Assembly: GCA_946185175.1 (NCBI GenBank)
Contig: CAMHIH010000001.1
Coordinates: 1 to 32,597, forward strand
Reading direction: 5' to 3'
Length of the DNA stretch: 32,597 bases
Origin: an uncultured Candidatus Saccharibacteria bacterium
GTDB taxonomy: Bacteria; Patescibacteriota; Saccharimonadia; Saccharimonadales; Saccharimonadaceae
The position numbers and the translations under genes were made by a program. The notes beneath the pieces are model-generated. The model was not told the DNA's origin and searched no databases. It was given only the letters and a program-made list of their open reading frames with translations. Shown piece after piece: positions 27,619-32,597 of the stretch. Numbering within the stretch: the first letter of the stretch is position 1; the number at the start of each line of letters is the position of its first letter.

Positions 27619-28333
27619 GCTCGTCTGGGCAACGGGCTAAAACTTCAAGCATGGCAGCTTTTTCAGCTGGCGTAACCCAAAGTTTGTATTTATATTTAAC
27701 GGATATTTGGCGGGCGACATACTGGCATTGGAAAGCCGTGTTGGACGGCAACCAAGTGGAGGCATCTTGATCGAGTTTATCTTGATTGGCCTGCCCTTCT
27801 ACAGCGATGAGATTGAGTGGATCTTGACTAATATCGTAACGGGTTTGTTCGTCGAAATATAATGCGCCGGTAACCCAAGCATTACTCAGTGCCACAACGT
27901 GATCGATTTGGATGGCGGACGAGGTTTCCTGACCACGAACAAAATTAATTGGCTGGCCGGTATATGGATCGTCAAGAATGCCGGATTGGACTTTACAGCC
28001 TTTTAATACGACGTCATGGAGATCACGTTTGAGAATGGCCTCGCGCATATTGCAGCCGTCGGCGGCTGTGCTCCAATCGTCGTAAAAAAGCTTGCGATAA
28101 TACTTCTGGGAGTTATCTTTTTCTTTGACGGCAAGGTTTTCGAGAACATCCTTGGCCAGAAAAGAAGTGGCTTCGGTTTGAGTTTCCTTGAGCGCAACGT
28201 CTTCGGGATCAACATCGATTTGAAAAGGGTTTTGCCAGGCGTCGGGATTGAAATATAAGAAAAGACAAAAAGCCACGGCGGCCAATAAAACTGCAATGAT
28301 GCGCCGAATGCGCGCAACTTTAGCTTTCGCCAC
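27593..28333 (-). CDS. Membrane-anchored/secreted DUF1524 (HNH/GmrSD-C-like) nuclease
   Basis: 246 aa with an N-terminal TM (IIAVLLAAVAFCLFLYF). IDHVVALSNAW and QANQDKLDQDASTWLP match the DUF1524 His-Me finger motifs. GTG start, 15 nt after the rbr stop. Confidence 0.78.
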   Translation of the reverse strand: MAKAKVARIRRIIAVLLAAVAFCLFLYFNPDAWQNPFQIDVDPEDVALKETQTEATSFLAKDVLENLAVKEKDNSQKYYRKLFYDDWSTAADGCNMREAILKRDLHDVVLKGCKVQSGILDDPYTGQPINFVRGQETSSAIQIDHVVALSNAWVTGALYFDEQTRYDISQDPLNLIAVEGQANQDKLDQDASTWLPSNTAFQCQYVARQISVKYKYKLWVTPAEKAAMLEVLARCPDEPTVGLSDS

Positions 28334-28348
28334 CGTGGAACCTTTTAA

Positions 28349-28891
28349 TTAATAATTTTCAGCGCGGACTTCAAAGAAAGATTGCGGATGTTTACAGACT
28401 GGGCAAATTTCTGGGGCAGTTTTGCCGGAATGAATGTAGCCACAGTTACGACACTTCCAAATGGTGACGCCGTCCTTCTTGAAGACGATGCCCTTATCGA
28501 GATTAGCGAGCAATTTAAGATAGCGTTCTTCGTGTTCTTTTTCGATTTTGCCGACTTCTTCAAACAAAGTAGCGATTTCTTCGAAACCTTCTTCGCGGGC
28601 TTCTTTGGCGAACTTGGCATACATGTCGGTGTATTCGTAATTCTCACCATCAGCTGCGGCCTTGAGATTAGTGGCGGTATCGTCTACGCTGCCACCGTGC
28701 AAAAGCTTGTACCAGATCTTGGCATGCTCTTTTTCGTTGTTGCTGGTTTCTTGAAAGATGGCAGAGATTTGCTCGTAGCCCTCTTTCTTGGCCTGGCTGG
28801 CGAAAAATTGATATTTGACGCGAGCCTGCGTCTCGCCCGCGAATGCGGTGTTTAAGTTTTGCTCGGTTTTGGTACCTTTCAAATCTGCCAT
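28349..28891 (-). CDS. rbr: Rubrerythrin
   Basis: 180 aa with a ferritin-like di-iron domain ([16 protein letters not shown]) and a C-terminal rubredoxin CRNCGY...CPVCKHP. An AGGAGG SD is present. Confidence 0.93.
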   Translation of the reverse strand: MADLKGTKTEQNLNTAFAGETQARVKYQFFASQAKKEGYEQISAIFQETSNNEKEHAKIWYKLLHGGSVDDTATNLKAAADGENYEYTDMYAKFAKEAREEGFEEIATLFEEVGKIEKEHEERYLKLLANLDKGIVFKKDGVTIWKCRNCGYIHSGKTAPEICPVCKHPQSFFEVRAENY

Positions 28892-28938
28892 AAATCCTCC
28901 TAATTGTTAGTTTAATTATACCTGATTTATAGATGTTA

Positions 28939-28975
28939 AAAAGCACGAGCTGGATGATTTTATGACCGTGCTTTT
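28939..28975 (-). terminator. Intrinsic terminator after the small membrane protein gene
   Basis: 9-bp stem AAAAGCACG / CGTGCTTTT with a 19-nt loop. On the minus strand it is followed by TTTTT. Confidence 0.45.
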
Positions 28976-28979
28976 GAGG

Positions 28980-29237
28980 TTACAATTTGATGCGTTTTTC
29001 CCAGATTTTGCGCACGCCTTTTAGCGAGAGTGTGGAAAGCGTAAAACCAATAACTGGCACTAATGACGAGAAGAAGATGTTGTTCGTAGATTGAATCGTG
29101 TAGGAGTACAAGACCACGACAACATACGTGAGCACACAAATACAAAGGCGTCGCGTCCAGGAAGTCTCCCAGGCTTTATCAAGCTCGACACGAGCGTTAC
29201 GTTTTTTGATATCTTTGATTTCTTTTTCGAGGTTCAT
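28980..29237 (-). CDS. Small 2-TM membrane protein; function unknown
   Basis: I set the start at ATG 29237 (MNLEKEIKDIKK), 85 aa. A perfect TATAAT (29244-29249) lies N6 upstream. The track's TTG start at 29288 falls inside the upstream terminator. Confidence 0.5.
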   Translation of the reverse strand: MNLEKEIKDIKKRNARVELDKAWETSWTRRLCICVLTYVVVVLYSYTIQSTNNIFFSSLVPVIGFTLSTLSLKGVRKIWEKRIKL

Positions 29238-29286
29238 AAGATTATTATAGGCTATAGCTTTTGATGGACGATGAAATAGTTTGGAC

Positions 29287-29314
29287 AAAAAATCTAGCCC
29301 GTTACTAGGCTAGA
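29287..29314 (-). terminator. Intrinsic terminator of the GntR-ABC operon
   Basis: 7-bp stem TCTAGCC / GGCTAGA (29293-29299 / 29308-29314), followed on the minus strand by TTTTTT. Confidence 0.7.
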
Positions 29315-29339
29315 TGAGTATGGCGTCGCTTAATACTAG

Positions 29340-30119
29340 TTATTCTACGTTCACGCCTTTGCTGAAAATCTTGCGGCCAGCAAGATAGAGGGCGGCCGTG
29401 ATGACTAGATAGAGACAATCGCAAATAATGATAAGCGTGCGATAAGTCGAGAAACCGATTACAACATCGGAGGCATCGCCAAACATGGCCTTGATACTAT
29501 CATCAAACATGCCGATTCCATAAATGACGGCCAGCAAGACGCTCTGCAAAGCAAAATACAAAAAGATGCCGAGAACTACCGAACGAGCGATGCGGCCGTT
29601 GTTCGAGCGATGACCAACAGTCAAGCTGAACATGCCGACATTCACGGCGTAGATGACCTCCAGGGCGGCTGTGACAAATATTCCAAGCACAATAAACGAC
29701 ATATCGCCATCCTTGAAGACCGAACGGAAATATTCATACATATCGTGATTCCAAAATGCGATAAAGAAACAAGCAATTACGACAAGAAGCGACAGAACTA
29801 TCGCACCAAGTCCGGAAAGGGTCTTGCTATCATAAAGCGTGTTTTTGCTGACCGGCAAAGTATGCGTGAGATAGGCTTCGTCTTTATAAAAACTTTGGCG
29901 AAAACGTTCCCAAATACGAATGACCGAATTAATTACAACGTTGGCGAAAGCTGCGATTGTAAAACCACGCAAGATGCTGAAAATGAGATCGCCCATGGCG
30001 GAATCCGTATAGTTGCTGGCGATACGCGTCAGGATGGAAAGAATGGCCGTAATGGCAAAAATAATTACCATGTTGCGATTCATCCAAAGAAAATCGTATT
30101 TAATTAACTTTTTTAGCAT
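29340..30119 (-). CDS. ABC-2-type transporter permease (about 6 TM)
   Basis: I set the start at ATG 30119 (MLKKLIKYDF), 7 nt after AGGAGG. It is a polytopic hydrophobic protein directly downstream of the ABC ATPase. Confidence 0.7.
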   Translation of the reverse strand: MLKKLIKYDFLWMNRNMVIIFAITAILSILTRIASNYTDSAMGDLIFSILRGFTIAAFANVVINSVIRIWERFRQSFYKDEAYLTHTLPVSKNTLYDSKTLSGLGAIVLSLLVVIACFFIAFWNHDMYEYFRSVFKDGDMSFIVLGIFVTAALEVIYAVNVGMFSLTVGHRSNNGRIARSVVLGIFLYFALQSVLLAVIYGIGMFDDSIKAMFGDASDVVIGFSTYRTLIIICDCLYLVITAALYLAGRKIFSKGVNVE

Positions 30120-30807
30120 GGAACATCCTCCTAAATAATTCGTCAATCGATGATTTTTCTTTGCTACGCAATTTGTCAGCGTTGCCAGTGAGTGTGATTT
30201 GGCCTTTGTCGATGAAAATAACCTCATCCAAAATGCGTTCGATGTCGGCAATTAAGTGCGTAGAAATAATCACGCTAGAACCTTCTTTGAAGTTGGACAA
30301 AATAGTGTCGAGAATATAATCACGGGTGGCTGGGTCAACGCCGCCAAGCGGTTCGTCGAGAATATATAAATCGGCATCGCGGGACATAACCAAAATGAGT
30401 TGCAACTTTTCTTGCATACCTTTGGACATTTTGGCGATTTTGGAATCTTTATCGAGATCAAGGTCTTCAAGCAATTTGCATGCGCGTTTAGTATCGAAGT
30501 CTTTATAGAACTCCTCGAACATGTGAATGGTTTGCTCGACCCTCATTTCTTTATCGAGATAAGTACGCTCGGGCAAATACGAAATGTGCGCCTTGGAATT
30601 TATGCCGATTGGCTTATTTTTAAACAGAATTTTGCCGTCGCTTGGCGTAAGTAAATCGTTGACTAATTTGATTAAAGTCGATTTGCCGGCACCGTTTTTG
30701 CCGAGTAGACCATAGATCTTGCCGGGCTCGATTTTGAGATTAATATCATCGAGCACGGTTTTTTGGTCGAACTTTTTCGTGAGATGTTTGCATTCTAGCA
30801 ATATCAT
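30100..30807 (-). CDS. ABC transporter ATP-binding protein
   Basis: 235 aa with Walker A GKNGAGKST, the signature MSKGMQEKL and Walker B LYILDEP. An ATGA overlap links it to the upstream GntR stop. Confidence 0.9.
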   Translation of the reverse strand: MILLECKHLTKKFDQKTVLDDINLKIEPGKIYGLLGKNGAGKSTLIKLVNDLLTPSDGKILFKNKPIGINSKAHISYLPERTYLDKEMRVEQTIHMFEEFYKDFDTKRACKLLEDLDLDKDSKIAKMSKGMQEKLQLILVMSRDADLYILDEPLGGVDPATRDYILDTILSNFKEGSSVIISTHLIADIERILDEVIFIDKGQITLTGNADKLRSKEKSSIDELFRRMFHAKKVN

Positions 30808-31169
30808 CTGCCGCCTCCTATTTCTTGCAAGACATTAATTGCTTCGTCGAAAGTTGCGCCAATTTTTTGCGTATCGGCAAGATAGTTTTTGGCCGCATTG
30901 ACCGCGAGCTGCTTTTTGTAGCGCGCAATCAGCTTTTTATCTTCGGTCACAAATTTGCCGTTTGTGCGCTCGGTAAAAATCAACTGCTGCTCCTCTAATT
31001 CCTGGAGAGCTTTTTGCATTGTGTTCGGGTTACACTGCGCGGTACTCGCGAGTTCGCGCACGGATGGGAGTCGACTGCCCGTCGCGCACTGACCAGACAC
31101 AATAGCTAGCCGCAACTGTTCCACCAGCTGAAGATAGATTGGCCGTTCGTTGTCGAATACGAATTTAAT
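30804..31169 (-). CDS. GntR-family (YtrA-subfamily) transcriptional repressor, probable ATT start
   Basis: wHTH motif LPSVRELASTAQCNPNTMQKALQELEEQQLI. The track start (GTG 31124) cuts off the conserved N-terminus IKFVFDNERPIYLQLVEQL, which is in frame. ATT 31169 lies 5 nt after GAAAGGA, and no ATG/GTG/TTG lies upstream before the stop at 31197-31199. Confidence 0.75.
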   Translation of the reverse strand: MKFVFDNERPIYLQLVEQLRLAIVSGQCATGSRLPSVRELASTAQCNPNTMQKALQELEEQQLIFTERTNGKFVTEDKKLIARYKKQLAVNAAKNYLADTQKIGATFDEAINVLQEIGGGR

Positions 31170-31182
31170 AAGCGTCCTTTCT

Positions 31183-31233
31183 ATTGTATTACTTGCTTAA
31201 TACAATGATACATAGGACTCGTTTGGGTGTCAA
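31183..31233 (-). promoter_or_regulatory. Promoter TTGACA-17-TATCAT overlapped by a perfect palindromic operator ATTGTATTA-N6-TAATACAAT
   Basis: Minus strand: TTGACA at 31233-31228, a 17-nt spacer, and TATCAT at 31210-31205. The 9+9 bp inverted repeat at 31183-31191 / 31198-31206 covers the -10/TSS/5' UTR, as expected for GntR autoregulation. Confidence 0.6.
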
Positions 31234-31288
31234 TAGCCCGCACTTATGCTTTTAATAACTGATGATGCGATCAAAATAGATTATGGGT

Positions 31289-31452
31289 GCGGTTATCTCG
31301 TTCATAAAAAAATGAAGCCGACCTCGCGGAGACTCCATTGAACGGCATCCTAGACCCTGCTAGGATCTCCGGGAAACGAGACTATGAGCATACGAATCAC
31401 TGTGTGGCGTGTGAAAGTAGCTCTCACTCTTGGAATCAAGAGATAACCGGCT
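31289..31452. ncRNA. Candidate structured RNA of unknown class (strand undetermined)
   Basis: Closing helix GCGGTTATCTC (31289-31299) / GAGATAACC-G-GC (31440-31452). Internal hairpins are TTCAT-a6-ATGAA, CGGAG...ATCCTAG-accctg-CTAGGAT-CTCCG, GAGC...TCAC...GTGA...GCTC and CTCTTG-gaat-CAAGAG. No ORF is present. No covariation evidence is available to me. Confidence 0.3.
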
Positions 31453-31530
31453 AATCTACTCATCAGTAGTAGATTAGTAAAACCCTAACGCATAGTTCTA
31501 GGCTATGCGTTACCCTTAGTATACCACAGG

Positions 31531-31539
31531 TGGTATAAT
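31531..31539 (+). promoter_or_regulatory. Extended -10 promoter TGgTATAAT, N6 from the ruvB ATG (leaderless)
   Basis: TATAAT at 31534-31539, then caaat(a) and ATG at 31546. No SD is possible. Confidence 0.6.
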
Positions 31540-31545
31540 TCAAAT

Positions 31546-32544
31546 ATGGCTATAGAGAGGGTTGTAGACACTAGTATTCATGAAGACGATCACGAAGAGG
31601 CGATTGCTGAGATTAGTCTGCGCCCAGTGACTTTTGATGAATATATTGGCCAAAAACGTTTGAAGACGAATTTGAAGCTGGCAATCGAAGCCGCGAAAAA
31701 ACGTGGCGACGTAATGGATCACGTATTGCTCTATGGTCCACCAGGACTTGGTAAAACCACGATGGCCGGCGTGATTGCGCACGAGATGAATGCGAATTTT
31801 CGCGCTACCTCTGCCCCGTCAATCGAAAAAGCGGGCGACCTGGCCAGCATCCTCACAAACCTGACTGACGGAGATATTCTGTTTATCGATGAGATTCACC
31901 GCCTGCGCCGTGCAGTGGAAGAGATTTTGTATTCCGCAATGGAAGATTACAAGCTTGATATCGTGATTGGCAAAGGCCCAGCCGCACGTAGCGTGAAACT
32001 TGATTTACCGCGCTTTACTTTGATTGGTGCGACTACACAGACTGGTAATTTGGCCGGGCCACTGCGTGATCGCTTTGGTCATCAATACCGGTTGGAATAT
32101 TATGCGAATGCAGATATTCAGAAAATTATTGAGCGTTCGGCCAAGATTCTGGAAACCACCATTGATGCTGATGCGGCAAAGCTGTTGGCAGAACGTTCAC
32201 GTTTGACGCCGCGCATTGCGAACCGACTTTTGAAGCGCGTGCGTGATTATGCTGATGTAAATGGCGACGGCAAAATTACCGTGGATGTGGCGAAGAGAGC
32301 TCTGGAAATGCTAGAAATCGACGAGCTAGGTCTTGATCCAGCCGATCGCAACATGCTGACTTTAATGATAGAAAAATATGGCGACAAACCAGTTGGCCTA
32401 AATACGATTGCGGCGCTCACGGGCGACGAACCAACTACGATTGAAAATTATTACGAACCATTTTTGATGCAACTTGGCATGATTCAGCGCACACCAAAGG
32501 GTCGTATTGTGACGGACATTGCGCGTGAACATTTAGGGCTTTAG
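31546..32544 (+). CDS. ruvB: Holliday junction branch migration ATPase RuvB
   Basis: 332 aa with LRP..FDEYIGQ, Walker A GPPGLGKTT, Walker B LFIDEIHRL and the RuvB winged-helix C-terminus. Confidence 0.97.
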   Translation: MAIERVVDTSIHEDDHEEAIAEISLRPVTFDEYIGQKRLKTNLKLAIEAAKKRGDVMDHVLLYGPPGLGKTTMAGVIAHEMNANFRATSAPSIEKAGDLASILTNLTDGDILFIDEIHRLRRAVEEILYSAMEDYKLDIVIGKGPAARSVKLDLPRFTLIGATTQTGNLAGPLRDRFGHQYRLEYYANADIQKIIERSAKILETTIDADAAKLLAERSRLTPRIANRLLKRVRDYADVNGDGKITVDVAKRALEMLEIDELGLDPADRNMLTLMIEKYGDKPVGLNTIAALTGDEPTTIENYYEPFLMQLGMIQRTPKGRIVTDIAREHLGL

Positions 32545-32549
32545 CTAAA

Positions 32550-32597
32550 ATGCCGGTGCCCAAGAAAGGCACCACGGCGGAGATAATTCCAACCGCA
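32550..32597 (+). CDS. 5' end of an unidentified ORF (MPVPKKGTTAEIIPTA...), truncated by the window edge
   Basis: The ATG lies 5 nt after the ruvB stop and is open to the window end. Only 16 codons are visible. Confidence 0.25.
   Translation, partial: MPVPKKGTTAEIIPTA

Noticed and set aside
29238-29288. TTG 29288 start for the small membrane protein
   Set aside because: The TTG lies within the T-run and hairpin of the ABC-operon terminator (29287-29314). ATG 29237 has a perfect TATAAT-N6 promoter.
31289-31452. Calling the structured intergenic element RNase P RNA, tmRNA, SRP RNA or 6S RNA
   Set aside because: Only partial look-alikes of the RNase P P4 strands are present, and they are about 85 nt apart, too close for an S-domain. 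There is no tRNA-like T-arm/CCA end for tmRNA and no GGAA-tetraloop/AGCAGC helix-8 motif for SRP. A 6S-like rod cannot be drawn convincingly. I left it as unknown class.
1-32597. Genome-wide TGA reassignment (genetic code 4 or 25) as an explanation for the comEC TGAs
   Set aside because: tsaE (5298-5300) and the GntR gene (30804-30806) end in TGA within ATGA stop/start overlaps, and the PRC-barrel gene ends in TGA. All other long, well-conserved genes (recA, rny, metG, glgB, pilB, ruvB) are intact under the standard code with Trp encoded as TGG and no internal TGA.
1-32597. CRISPR arrays, insertion sequences, integrases, prophage or toxin-antitoxin/defence cassettes
   Set aside because: No spaced direct repeats, transposase, integrase or recombinase ORFs, or recognisable defence gene clusters were seen. 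tRNA-flanked regions carry ordinary genes.

Overview
This is a compact, almost entirely coding 32.6 kb window, about 44% GC by eye, with roughly 36 protein genes and 2 tRNAs. I found no rRNA, CRISPR array, transposase or integrase. The content is mostly housekeeping: rny, tsaE/tsaB, metG, rsmA, tilS, recX-recA, yebC, dut, glgB, rplS, rnhB and ruvB. Mixed in are envelope and DNA-uptake functions: ComEC, a PilB/GspE ATPase, a type IV pilin-like protein, an LtaS-like transferase, a G5/DUF348 muralytic protein, a membrane-anchored DUF1524 nuclease and a very large secreted protein. There is also a RimK plus retropepsin-like protease pair, a rubrerythrin, and a GntR(YtrA)-ABC operon. The minimal TsaB and TilS, the pilus and ComEC genes and the PRC-barrel protein suggest a reduced Patescibacteria/CPR genome, possibly Saccharibacteria-like; this is inference only. 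The points most worth a second look are: (1) comEC is one continuous reading frame broken only by three in-frame TGA codons, although TGA is a genuine stop elsewhere in the window. (2) An ORF-free, hairpin-rich intergenic block of about 300 nt lies upstream of ruvB and matches no RNA family I can recognise. (3) A TGnTAnAAT-N6-start codon architecture recurs at nine genes, implying leaderless mRNAs. (4) RNase HII and YraN are fused into one ORF. (5) A leaderless two-gene surface operon encodes a secreted protein of at least 774 aa that the ORF track misses. (6) The GntR repressor appears to use an ATT start behind a perfect palindromic operator. I see no clear multi-gene defence or mobile system.
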